Shown here one piece after another: positions 23,760 through 34,359 of a stretch of DNA of 64,000 nt (within the stretch, counting starts at the first letter, position 1; each line of letters begins with the position of its first letter). Below the pieces are notes generated by a model. It saw only the letters and a list, made by a program, of their open reading frames with translations, was not told where the DNA came from and did no database searches. Both the position numbers and the translations under genes were made by a program. Source of the DNA: Diplonema japonicum (lineage: Eukaryota > Protista > Euglenozoa: Diplonemea). The stretch lies in NCBI GenBank assembly GCA_964019335.1, contig OZ025739.1:186001-250000 (forward strand), written 5' to 3'.

Positions 23760-25134
23760 AAGATGCGCTCGCCGTGTGCTGTTGCGAACGTCTTGCTGCC
23801 AGGGCACACGACGGACCCGCTGGTGGTGACACTTTACCGACTGCTGTGCACAGTGGTGAAGGTAGGCGGGTCGGATACGGAGCTGTGGGACCGGATGGGG
23901 AGGTGTGCCGCCCTGTACCGGGAGTGCGATATTGAAGCCCTGGGGCCAGTGGGGACCCTGATGAGAAGATGGCTGCCGGCGATCGGGAAAGGCTGGAATT
24001 TCGTGGTGGGGCTGGGTGCCATGCCGGAACGCGAGCGCAAGCACGAGATCCGGCGGGTGGCGAGGGCCATGACGGCAGCCGAGCTAGCAGACGGGAGGGA
24101 CTCCTACGACGGCATGCCGGAGGGAGCCGACCCGGACACGAACGTGTGGTGGAGGTCACTCTCGGGCAACCCAGTGGCGGCGTACCGACTGAGGAGGCTG
24201 ATTGCAGGAGCGGTGTTTGCGGTCTACCCGGGAGCGCGGGGCGTGGCGCAGGAACCGAACAACCCGCTGCAGCACCTCTGCGACGTGTGTGAGGAACGGT
24301 TCGGCAGCTACACGGAGGTGCTGGAGCACGCCCTCTGGCGATGCGAGCCGGGTGTCGCGGTGCGGAGCACCTGGACCCGGCAGCTATGCCGAAGGCGACG
24401 AGGCTCCATGGGGTGGTGCCCAGAGGCTGCCAAGACAAGCCAAGGGCCTTACTGGTGCAGAAGTACCTGCTGGAGGTAGTCACGCGGAGGGATGCAGCGG
24501 TGGAAGCGAACCGCGCACTGCAGACACAAGCTTACCCGTGGCGGGCGGTCGTGACGGGGAGGGCGCACCCGACGCCGACGGTGTCTGAACTACGAAGGCT
24601 GGGGGCGTCAGGAACAGTGATGGACAAGCTGCTGAGGCCGGTGCTGAGGTGGTTGGGAGGCCTGCTGTGGGATGACGCGCCTGGTCGGCACACGGCGGTG
24701 ACGACGTTAGAGCTGGCCCTCGACTTCGAGAGGGAGATGGAGCTGCCGCTGGACGACGGCGGGGAAGTGGGCAAGGTGGAGGACCTGGGCGTCAAGGCAA
24801 GGAGGCTACGGTATGTGCTGAGACGAGTCCAGGACCTGTACCACGCTGATGGCAGAGGGGTAGCGTTCCCAGCGGCGCGAGTGGAGCGCGTCAACTCCCT
24901 ACGCTGTATCGGAGGACCGACCACACACGGGTATGACAGGAGGCCAGTACTCCCGGAACGAACCATGAGTAGCATCGAAGGCTTGCGGGACAGGTACCTG
25001 TCGCAGACACCGACAAGGCTGCCCCGCAGCATGACCACCGCAGTAGGAACCCGCCAGAGCCCCCAGAACGGGGACAACGGGGACTAAGCGCAGCGCGGCC
25101 GGTGAGCACAAAAACGCATACCTTAAAAGAATAG
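23760..25134 (+). mobile_element. 5'-truncated non-LTR retrotransposon, frameshifted near 24370
   Basis: GC-rich island. ORFs 23733-24479 and 24341-25087 share PGHTxDPL, HEIRRV, CxxC...HxxWxC, ELALDFE and SLRxIG..GYxxRP with the element at 7892-9494. Flanks are T21C (left) and T14C (right). Confidence 0.82.
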
Positions 25135-25887
25135 TTTTTTTTTTTTTTCTTCTTCTCTTCTTTTTTTTTTAGGCGTCCTGCCACATACCGCAGGTACCCT
25201 TAAATGTCTCTTTTTTTTTTTTTTTTTTTTTTTTTCCCTCTTCCGTTTTTCTTCTTTTTTTCCTTCTCCCTCTGCAAACTCTGATAAAGGCCGCACGAGA
25301 ATAGCAAGGGTCACATTTCATTAGAAGACGGGAATACCCCCCCCCCCCTTTTTGTTTTTGTCTAGTGCCTCTACTGGTTATATAGTATGCTGCCTTTTTT
25401 CATTGGGCACTTTCAAGTTCCTTTTTTTTTTTTTAGTTATTTCCTACAATTTTTTTGCCCCCCCCTCAACGGGCGACGGGCGCAACAAGAAAAAAAAAGC
25501 AAAAAAAGAGAGCAATTACAGAGTTCCAAGATGAGAAAAAAAAAGAAAACATAATAAATAAGAATAAACCAAACAAACACATCAAAACAGCAAAAAAAAA
25601 AAAAATAATAAAGCTTAGGTTTCCTCTTTTTTTTTTTAAAAAAAAAAAAAGATTTATAGTTTTTTTTATTCACTACTAAAAAAAAAAAAAAACCCTCAGG
25701 CGGAGGGATTAAAGAAAAGACGGAACAAAAAAAAACAAAAAAAAAAAACGAAGAAAAAAAAAACAAAAAAAAAGGAAATTTTTTTTTATCTGTTTCTCTT
25801 TTTTTTTTATACATTTCAACAACAAAAAAAAAACAAATACAACAACAACAAAAGGGGAGGGGGGAAAAAAAAATGAGAAAGAAAACC

Positions 25888-26553
25888 ATGTCCCTCACCA
25901 ACGAACTCGCCGCAGGGAGGATACAGGGGATGTACCGGTGTTACAAAGCCCGTTGTATAACGGATCAGCTTAGGAAGAAGCGCGAGCTCGCGCTCCAGCT
26001 GCTGATGGCCAGCCCGCAGGTGAAAAAAGTGGGAACAGGAAAGTACGGCTTGAAATGGATGTTCCGAGCCCCTGGAACAAAAGGAAAGGCTGCTCTCGGG
26101 ACCGCAGAAGGGGTAAAACTAGTGTCCGAAACCGACTACTCCGGCGGCAATGGGAAAGAAGTCCACCCTGACGTTCCCTGGCTCATGAGAGGCCTAGACG
26201 TTTTTTACACAAAGTACAACAAGGAAGCACTCCCCAACGTTAAAAAAATTGCCGTCACGGCTGCAGGGCACGCGCAAGAACTTCGTGAAAAGCTGATGAA
26301 GAAATACCCCACAGTCCCTGTTTACGAATTTGAGTGGTTGCGGTCAACTACACCCAAACCCGGTGCTCTCTCCCGGCATAGGCAGAGGGCAGCTACGATG
26401 CTTACAAAGCCCATGAAAGCCGCGCCCCCATCACCTAGAACAGAAGGCCCCCGTACCCCTCTGACCCCCAGCCTAGCTTCCTTGAAGAATTCCTTCTTTT
26501 CCTCCGATTCTGGGGAGGTACCCATGCTCTCTGCTACACAGCCGCTACTTTAA
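25888..26553 (+). CDS. IQ-motif protein with a small helical FY...KKYP module
   Basis: AAGRIQGMYRCYKAR fits an IQ calmodulin-binding motif. The start could be 25873 or 25888. Confidence 0.7.
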   Translation: MSLTNELAAGRIQGMYRCYKARCITDQLRKKRELALQLLMASPQVKKVGTGKYGLKWMFRAPGTKGKAALGTAEGVKLVSETDYSGGNGKEVHPDVPWLMRGLDVFYTKYNKEALPNVKKIAVTAAGHAQELREKLMKKYPTVPVYEFEWLRSTTPKPGALSRHRQRAATMLTKPMKAAPPSPRTEGPRTPLTPSLASLKNSFFSSDSGEVPMLSATQPLL

Positions 26554-27786
26554 AAAAAAAAATACCCCCCCCTCCTTCATCTGTTTTATATTCTACACCC
26601 ATCTTTAAAAAAAATTAGTTCGTTGCTGTTTTTTTTTTTTTTTTAACCCGTATGTGTTATTCAGTTAATGGGAGCGTTGCTCTTTTTTTTTTTGTTTCCT
26701 TTTCTCTTTGAGGTAAGGTTTTTGATATGGTTGTTTGAACTGTGTACGTGGCCAAGAGAAGAGGGCGGAGGGGAGGGGGGGGGGTATTTGACAAAAAAAA
26801 AAAAAAAAAAAGAGAAGACGTAAGAAAGCCTTGCCCATATGCTCCCCGTATACAAAAAAAAAAAAAAAAAGAAACAAACAAAGGGCCATTCCCCAGTGGT
26901 CATTGGTAGTTCTAAAAAAAAAAAAAAAAAGTGCAAAAACAAAATGTTTCATTTTTACTATTTCAATTTTTTTTTTTTTTTTCCCCTTTTAAATGTGCCC
27001 CCTCCTTTACTTTTAGAACAAGTGCGTAGCGACAGTTCCCCTTAAGCGGGTTATTTGATACTTGGTGGGGGAGGCGGGGAGGCGAGAAATAAGGCAATCC
27101 TTGCGGCAGTCTCTTGGGGTTATTGTCACCTTGGCACAAATAATCGCATTTAGCTTCAGCAAATGAAAAAAAAAAAAAAAAAAATGCCCCCACCCTCCCG
27201 CGAGGAAACGGGGTCCACACTCCAATTTGTCGTTTTGACTACAAACACCCCCACCACCCCCCTGTACTTTTTATGATACACTTGGAGCCTTGCGTCTGTG
27301 TCACCTTTGACGATGAAAGACCGAACTTTAATTTTAATCTATTTCTGTGAAAACGTTAACCAACAATCAAAAAAAAAAAAGATAATAATAATAATAATAA
27401 AACCTCCTTGTAAAACACTGCAGCGATAATTTTAAAAAAAAGTTTTTTTTTAAATCTCATCTCCCCCTATGTACCCTCCTTCATTTTTTTTTTCCCCCTC
27501 TCTTTTTGGGAACAAAAAAAAAAAAGAAGAAGAAAGTATGTGATCCCTTTTTTTGTTTCACTCTTATCTTCTTCCCCCCCCCCCCCCCCTACGAATCTAT
27601 CTGCCCAGTTCAGGGGGAAATAAAAAGAATAGGGTGAAAGAAGAGAAGAAAGAAAAACAATGGTTAAGGGGATAAGGGTAAGAGTAAAACTGTGTGCATT
27701 TGTGTGCAAAAAAAAAGGGGTTTTTTTTTTTGTTATAAAGGATTGGTACAGTCTCGCATTGTCTGTTCTTTTTTTTTTTTTTTTTT

Positions 27787-28992
27787 TATTTCACTCTTCA
27801 GAAATTACTTCACGCACTGGGGGGCCCATTACTTCACGCTAAATCTCATTACTTCACGGTGAAATAATGGCCTGTTTTCCGTGAAGTAATAGGGGGTTTC
27901 CGTTAAATAATATGCCTCGGTAGGCCAATTTTTGCCTCGGTTCGGTTCCCAGTGGGGCTACTTTTTCCTCTCAGTTTGCTATTTCCCCCCAGGTTCAGCT
28001 CAATTGGCCAACTTTTGCCTCGGCTCAGTTCCAAGTTGGACTACTTTTTCCTCCCAATTTGCCCACTTTTGGCTAGGCCTTGTTCCCAGTTTCTGTGGGT
28101 AACTCTTCTGTGGGCAAGGGTACCCAAGCTCCCCAAAAGACTTCAAAATACCGAAGCAGCAGAAAAAAAGGAGCCAGCGGCCGCGCTAGGTATGGGAAGG
28201 CCTGATTAGAGATGGTGACAGTGGCAATGCCAGCGACAGCGGCAGCTCTTAGTCAACAAAAGGAGGAAAAACAACTTGTATTGTAACCTTTGTAACCCCT
28301 CTCTTGTTGTACCCCTTGTCACCCTGTTGTGCCCCTCGTGGTGAAGTAATTTCAGAGTGTCGTGAAATAAAACCACTTACCTACCGCCAAGTAATGCTTT
28401 ACCGAGCTCGAGGTAACGGTAAAGTCATTACTTGTTGGCAGTAAATAGCTATTATTTCACTCTTCGTCATTTTCTTCACTCACTAGGGGCCTCATTATTT
28501 AACGCGAAATCGCCATTATTTAACTAGTTAAATAATGAGATTTTGCAGTTAAATAATGGCCTTCAGAGTGGAAAAATGAGTCTCGCCGTGTAAAAAAATG
28601 CACCCAACCCCTTGGAAATTTTTTTTGGGGTGGGGGTATTTTGACTATTTTTGGCCATCTGAGGCCATTCCAGCCCTTAAAAGTGGGAATAAGTGCCTTA
28701 CTTCCCCTTTAAATGCCACGGCGAAATAGCTACCCTGTATTACCTTAGGAAAATCCCCAAAAAGCTGACCTGCGTGAAAAAAAAAACAGCAGTGAAAGCA
28801 GTGAAGAGTGAGTGACTCAAATGACGAAAAGTGAAATAAAACGACTTACTTGCCGCCAAATGAGCCATTATTTAACACTCGTTACCGTTTTTTTGCACGA
28901 GGGCCCTGCGGGCCCTCGTGCAAAAAATTCGGGAACTCGAGTTAAATAATGACTCATTATTTGTTGGCAATAAATAGCTAATTTTTACACAG
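27787..28992. mobile_element. Non-coding foldback/palindromic repeat element (MITE-like)
   Basis: Many CATTA(C/T)TT(C/A)AC motifs in both orientations. Two long imperfect hairpins (~28362-28460, ~28831-28990), the second centred on TTTTTTGCACGAGGGCCC-TGC-GGGCCCTCGTGCAAAAAA. Right end ...TTTTACACAG|TA. Confidence 0.65.
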
Positions 28993-29255
28993 TATCATAT
29001 ATCGCCGCCATCAGTCACATTGGGGTTTGGGAAGCTTGGGAAACGCCTGCTTTGTGTCCCCCCTCCCCCCTCCCACTTTTGTTAATCTACTCGGCCGCGG
29101 TCTTTGAAACATCAAAAAAAAAAGTCTGTTCCCTTCCCTCTCTTGCTTTTTTTTTTTTTCTCTCTCTTCTTCTTTTTTTTTTCTCTTTTCCTGAAACATC
29201 AATATCTCTACAAAACAAAAAACAAAAAAAAAAGAAGGGGGTAAAAAAAAAAAAA

Positions 29256-29918
29256 ATGCCACTTACGCTATATGGATTTCCTGTGTCACAACCTGCAAGG
29301 GCTGTCTACTGGGCACTCCTGGCAGAGGACACAAAGTTCGAATATGTGAACGTCATGCCTGGGAAGGGGACCAAGACACCGGAGTTCAAAGCCAAGGGCG
29401 CCTTCCTCAGTGTACCAAGAATAGATGACGATGGCTTTGTGCTGAACGAGAGCCACGCAATTCTGTCGTACTTGGGGGAGAAACACGATTGGTCGCTGTA
29501 CCCCAAGGACATCCACGTCAGGGCGAAGATCCAGGAGTACTTTAACTGGCATCACACATCTGTCAGAAAACTAACTTCGGCGCACTTTGCACCGAAGCTT
29601 CGCAAGGATCTTCCATTCACCCCCGAGGGCATCAGGATCGAGTCGTTGATTGCAAAGGGTGCCCTTGCCACACTGAACAAGATTCTCGCCACGCAACCTT
29701 TCATTGCAGGTGAGAAGCCTACCGTTGCAGACCTGTCCTGCTTCTGCGAGGTGTCGCAATGCGAGGACGACATGTTCTCCCTCACAGATATCTCTCCCTA
29801 CCCCAATGTCCAGGCCTGGCTTGCTCGCTGCAAAACAGACATTCCAAAGTACAAGGAGTCCCACAAACCTTTCTTTGGCATTTACCCCAAGATTAAAGGC
29901 GCTTTCGCCAAGCTGTAA
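29256..29918 (+). CDS. Glutathione S-transferase, theta-like
   Basis: LTLYGFPVSQPARAV, VPRIDDDGFVLNESHAILSYL, FIAGEKPTVADL; C-terminal AKL. Confidence 0.92.
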   Translation: MPLTLYGFPVSQPARAVYWALLAEDTKFEYVNVMPGKGTKTPEFKAKGAFLSVPRIDDDGFVLNESHAILSYLGEKHDWSLYPKDIHVRAKIQEYFNWHHTSVRKLTSAHFAPKLRKDLPFTPEGIRIESLIAKGALATLNKILATQPFIAGEKPTVADLSCFCEVSQCEDDMFSLTDISPYPNVQAWLARCKTDIPKYKESHKPFFGIYPKIKGAFAKL

Positions 29919-29989
29919 TACTGATTTTCTTTTTTTCTTCCCCCTCCCCCCTACAAGGGATCGGGGCATATACGTGTGGTGGTGGGTTA

Positions 29990-30022
<33 letters not shown>

Positions 30023-30025
30023 TTG

Positions 30026-30087
30026 CCCCTGTAATCAAGTAGACAGTTCTTGTGCAGGGCGCCGCCAACACCGGCCTCCTTTAACTC
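30026..30087 (+). mobile_element. 62-bp 5'-truncated retroposon 3' end with a ~34-bp target-site duplication
   Basis: Identical to 46507-46568, and flanked on both sides by (T)25-27ACTTTTTTG. Confidence 0.85.
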
Positions 30088-30118
<31 letters not shown>

Positions 30119-30368
30119 TTGTATTAATGTACTTCTTCAATTTTTTTAATTTTTTTTTCCTTCAAAAAAAAAAAGGAACGGCCATTGAGTACCTTTTCAG
30201 TGTGCTGCACCGAAGGAAAAAAAAGTACAAAAAAAATTAAAAAAGAAATATGTTTGCAGGTTACTCCCCCCCCCCCCCCCCCCCCCCTTCCTCCTCCTCT
30301 TCTTATCTCTATTTTTACAAAAAAAAAAAAGATTCTTCCAGGATGTCGGATACACGTTTGCCGACTCC

Positions 30369-33300
30369 ATGTTTGAAGGAAGTGAAGATGAACTGACAGG
30401 GTATGCGGCAAAGGGTGATTGGGTGAGGTTTTACTACGTGATGGGGAAGCTTCGAAAAGCCGCGAAGGAGAAACGGAAAAAGATCATCACACCCGTGCCC
30501 CCGTCAACCGTTAAACGCGCGTTCAGACGGAACAAAAACATGAGGGATTCCGATCTGCAGTTCGGATGCCTTACGAGAACCTTTGCCAAGAAATGGATTT
30601 TGATGGAAACGGAACCCAACGACGTGTGTCGCAAGACAACATTACACCTTCCTGTTCAGGAATCTGACACATATTCATCAATTAGCGAAGATCAAGAAGA
30701 TCAAGACAATTCACATTTCGAGCAAAGAATCCTACCTCGGAAGTGGAGGGTCCTGCTCAGCAATCTTGTGAAGACCAAGCTCATCCTTGACACTGATGTG
30801 ACGGATGCGTCCCTTCCACAAGCAACGTCTTATGAACGTGAAACACCTCTCACGCATCTTGCCGACACATTGTCAGAGGAACCGTTTGCAGAGAAGGGGT
30901 TCGAAAGTTTCAAAAATCTCCTTCCGAGCGTTTCTGAAACTACAGCGTCGCAACACGGTGAATCTGTGTGGAAATGGATTTCGATTCTGGTCAATTCGAA
31001 CCTGTTAAGAAAACGGGATGTTCAATGCAGACGGCATCCAAGGGAACCAAAACTAAACGTGATCAGAACGTGTTGCGCGGCGGCCTCATTGCGCGACACC
31101 ATCTCTAGAGTTGTGTCAGAGCTTTTAACAGGAGCGACATGGGGCTACTGGGGCGACCCTATAGGACGGGGCTACATATTTCAAAATCTTTACGAGGAGT
31201 ACCTCGACATCCAGTGGAACATCCTCAACGAGGAGGCTACGTCACGTTCGGCGATGCTCCCGAGCTCCAACAACCCCGACGAGTCGGCGTTGGTTGTCTG
31301 TGAAGGCAACACACGGGAATACATTCTATGGCAGGAAACCTTTCAAATTACATCGCTGACAGACAGGTTCTTCAGGTACTCCGCGCATACAACGTTGATG
31401 TCGCTTCCTAATGGTGTGGACAGCCTTGCTGTTCTTCACTTATGGTGTTCAAGGGAGGAAGTATACACTGCAATGAATTCTGCGTTTAAGGCAGTGGGGC
31501 ATCCGGAATATTACCCGCCGTATGTGACGAAACAGGCGGTTGGGATGTTTCGGAGTTTGGGGCGGTTTGCCTGTGTTTTGCTTGAGGTTTTGGATTCGCT
31601 TCTCGCGGTGCGGCATGTTACGTACAAGTACGTGAAGCTGCAGCGGGTGTTCTCCAACACCGTTCACTGGTCGACACTGACCATGGTCTCCAGTAGCGTG
31701 GCAAGCGTTTCAACAACGAGTTATGGGGCGTTACTCGTTCTCTTCCCCGGTATTAGTAAGGACATCTCAATTGCAACGCCCGATCAAACGCTATGTCTGT
31801 CGGTTGTGTACCCTTTCACTGCGTTTTACATCAACAATTTTCTCGCTGCCGACAAGGTGAGGGCCTACGGCGGGACACATGAAGTCCACGTACTGTCGAC
31901 GACACCCCCTTCTGTAAGAAGCATCACAACAGAAATATGTGTTACGGATTACTCCATGCTCGCGTTGGACTTCAAATTGAAACGTTACAAAGGGTTGAAC
32001 CCAAGGCTGGTTCGTTCCATTGAAGCGTGGTTGGGGGAAACCCGAAACCGCCCCGGGGTCGTCATCGGCGATAGAAAGAGTATCTTATTGCACGTGCACC
32101 GTTCCATGTGGCAGATGTTCGACAAGCGATCCTTATTGGTCGACGTGGGTGAGAAAACTGTGTTGCGAAAGAACATCTGGGCGTTCCCGGGACAGAGCCT
32201 CGCAGGGGTGTCGTTTGTCATCGTCGATTGCTTGAACCTCTCCCCAGACTTTGCGGAGGAGATAGGAAACGTGATACGCACCACGCATCGCCCCAATAGA
32301 ACCCTTGCCCGAACCACCTTCGAGCAGAATTTCCAGGCTGCTCTTATAAAACCCGCTGTTAGACCGCTTCTTGCTTTGCTAGCCGGGCAGGTTATCCCGT
32401 CGTTGATATTTACGGAAAATGGGTGTCGAGAATGGATATTTAAGGCGTGGATGGCTGAATTTGAAATCTTCTGGGAGGCTTTTCAATTTGTGTTCGAAGG
32501 AGAAGACGGTGCGACCGAAGAGTTTTCAGGAGCTTTCCCCGACCTCTGTGTCGAGACAAATACTATCACACAACAGCCCGCGTTCTTTGCGGATGCAAAA
32601 CTGGGATGCAGCAGCGCATACAGCGGGGACGAAGAGAAGACAATCTCCGTTTTTTCACGAAAAATCGCACCGATACCCGATTTCTGCAACCAAGTCTGCA
32701 AGGAGAAAGCCTACATCCTCGTGGCGGAGACGGCGGAACGGGTCGAAGTGACAGTGGCCAGCGGGATCCCACTGTGGCACTGCTACGCGTGGGTGGCGGC
32801 AATGGTGAAACCGGTCCAGCAACAACACCCAAACGGTCCGTGTCAACTGATAGACACATGGGGGCTGCCTCAAGGGTGCAAGACTCTTATCTTCCTCCCG
32901 ACGAGAATAGTAAAAAACTGTTCACATATGGATATTGTAGGAGACTGCCATACCTTATGGAGGATGACAGGAGACTACGGGCTGGGCGACACACCGCAAA
33001 CCTGGAGTGCGATCAGCAAGAGCATCATGCAAGCAGTGGAGCAGACACCCATGGACTACCTCCCGTCATCGTGGACGTCCGCAGTGGTGTTCTCGTACGC
33101 CATGAGAGTGGCGTGTTCATACTTCCTGGACACTGCCTCGCAATTCATGGACTGGATGAAGAATCCTTTGTTCCACTCTGTCGAAGCCGAGGCGATCCTG
33201 CTTTTAGAAACTGCCCTACGCGCCGATCTCGATGCGTCGTGGGCAATGGCCATCGAGATCATGGAGGGCTCCTTCCGTTCTCCCACATTCGAGGTGGATG

Positions 33301-34196
33301 TGCTGCAGACATGGGAAACGCTTGATAGAGAGACGCAGCTCAACGAGGAGGCGGAAACCAGGCGTACCCTCCTGGCCCCATGGGCCTTGCTTGATCTCAT
33401 GCCGTTTCGGACGACAGACGCCACGATAAACTGTGGGGTCAGACATCTCCTCCCGAACCCTCTCATTACCGATTTCCTCACCGCAGCTGGTCTCATGCTC
33501 CTCCCCATCGAAGACAGGGTCCGCGTTATGTGGGACAAGGCACCTTTTTCATCCCCCACCATAACCATGTTCATCAGGGGCCGCATGGACAGCGATAGCA
33601 AACAGTGTTGCACACCCGAAGAGGCGGTTGTGTTGAACACGAAACCATCGAATTCAAGAAGACGGCGAGCATCGTGGGTCGGGGATTTGGTCCGCGCTGC
33701 TCGGAACGGTGACATCGAGACTTTAAAAATCGTCAAGTATTTAGGGATCAAGGCGGAGAAGGATGCCACGACGTCGAAGGGACCAGTCCTCGAGGCTGCA
33801 TTAGCAGGGCACAGCGACTGCTTGGTGGAACTTTTGAACATGGGGGGGGACATTCATGAAAAGGATGCAAAGGGGCTGAGTGTGATTCATGCTGTCTGTC
33901 TCGCGGGAAAGCTTGAGTGCCTTGAAGTCCTCATCGACAGGGGCATAGATCTCAACATACAAGAGTCCAAGGGATGGACCCCACTTCACTTTGCCAAGCA
34001 CTCTGGACACACCCAGTGTGCCTCCCTCCTCCTCCGCCACGGCGCTTGTCCCAACATCTGCGACATTTGGGGCAATACCGCAGACGACAATACCCGCATC
34101 CCAAACACCGTCAAACCAAGGTATCTTCATATTTACCCAGCGCTCCCGACGGTTCTGAGCCCTGGCTACACCACTCCATGGAGCCAGGCACTGTAG
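30369..34196 (+). CDS. Large protein (1275 aa) with C-terminal ankyrin repeats; possible degenerate ART-like and NTPase-like domains
   Basis: Ankyrin repeats AARNGD, AALAGHSDCLVELL, GWTPLHFAKHSGHTQCASLLLRHGA; long uninterrupted ORF. Confidence 0.85.
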   Translation: MFEGSEDELTGYAAKGDWVRFYYVMGKLRKAAKEKRKKIITPVPPSTVKRAFRRNKNMRDSDLQFGCLTRTFAKKWILMETEPNDVCRKTTLHLPVQESDTYSSISEDQEDQDNSHFEQRILPRKWRVLLSNLVKTKLILDTDVTDASLPQATSYERETPLTHLADTLSEEPFAEKGFESFKNLLPSVSETTASQHGESVWKWISILVNSNLLRKRDVQCRRHPREPKLNVIRTCCAAASLRDTISRVVSELLTGATWGYWGDPIGRGYIFQNLYEEYLDIQWNILNEEATSRSAMLPSSNNPDESALVVCEGNTREYILWQETFQITSLTDRFFRYSAHTTLMSLPNGVDSLAVLHLWCSREEVYTAMNSAFKAVGHPEYYPPYVTKQAVGMFRSLGRFACVLLEVLDSLLAVRHVTYKYVKLQRVFSNTVHWSTLTMVSSSVASVSTTSYGALLVLFPGISKDISIATPDQTLCLSVVYPFTAFYINNFLAADKVRAYGGTHEVHVLSTTPPSVRSITTEICVTDYSMLALDFKLKRYKGLNPRLVRSIEAWLGETRNRPGVVIGDRKSILLHVHRSMWQMFDKRSLLVDVGEKTVLRKNIWAFPGQSLAGVSFVIVDCLNLSPDFAEEIGNVIRTTHRPNRTLARTTFEQNFQAALIKPAVRPLLALLAGQVIPSLIFTENGCREWIFKAWMAEFEIFWEAFQFVFEGEDGATEEFSGAFPDLCVETNTITQQPAFFADAKLGCSSAYSGDEEKTISVFSRKIAPIPDFCNQVCKEKAYILVAETAERVEVTVASGIPLWHCYAWVAAMVKPVQQQHPNGPCQLIDTWGLPQGCKTLIFLPTRIVKNCSHMDIVGDCHTLWRMTGDYGLGDTPQTWSAISKSIMQAVEQTPMDYLPSSWTSAVVFSYAMRVACSYFLDTASQFMDWMKNPLFHSVEAEAILLLETALRADLDASWAMAIEIMEGSFRSPTFEVDVLQTWETLDRETQLNEEAETRRTLLAPWALLDLMPFRTTDATINCGVRHLLPNPLITDFLTAAGLMLLPIEDRVRVMWDKAPFSSPTITMFIRGRMDSDSKQCCTPEEAVVLNTKPSNSRRRRASWVGDLVRAARNGDIETLKIVKYLGIKAEKDATTSKGPVLEAALAGHSDCLVELLNMGGDIHEKDAKGLSVIHAVCLAGKLECLEVLIDRGIDLNIQESKGWTPLHFAKHSGHTQCASLLLRHGACPNICDIWGNTADDNTRIPNTVKPRYLHIYPALPTVLSPGYTTPWSQAL

Positions 34197-34359
34197 ATTG
34201 TTAAAAAAGGTGTACGAGAGTTTTTTTTCTTGTTCTTTTCCGTTTTTTCTAAAACGTTGCCATTGTCTCGACTTTTTTATCTACCCCCCCTTTTTTTTCT
34301 GACGCGGGGAAAAAAAAAACACCACAGTTTTTTAAGCTTTAAATACACAAAAAGAAAAC

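Noticed and set aside
30250-30341. Possible upstream exon and intron for the ankyrin protein
   Set aside because: Splicing from ATG 30250 lands out of frame with the 30369 ORF.
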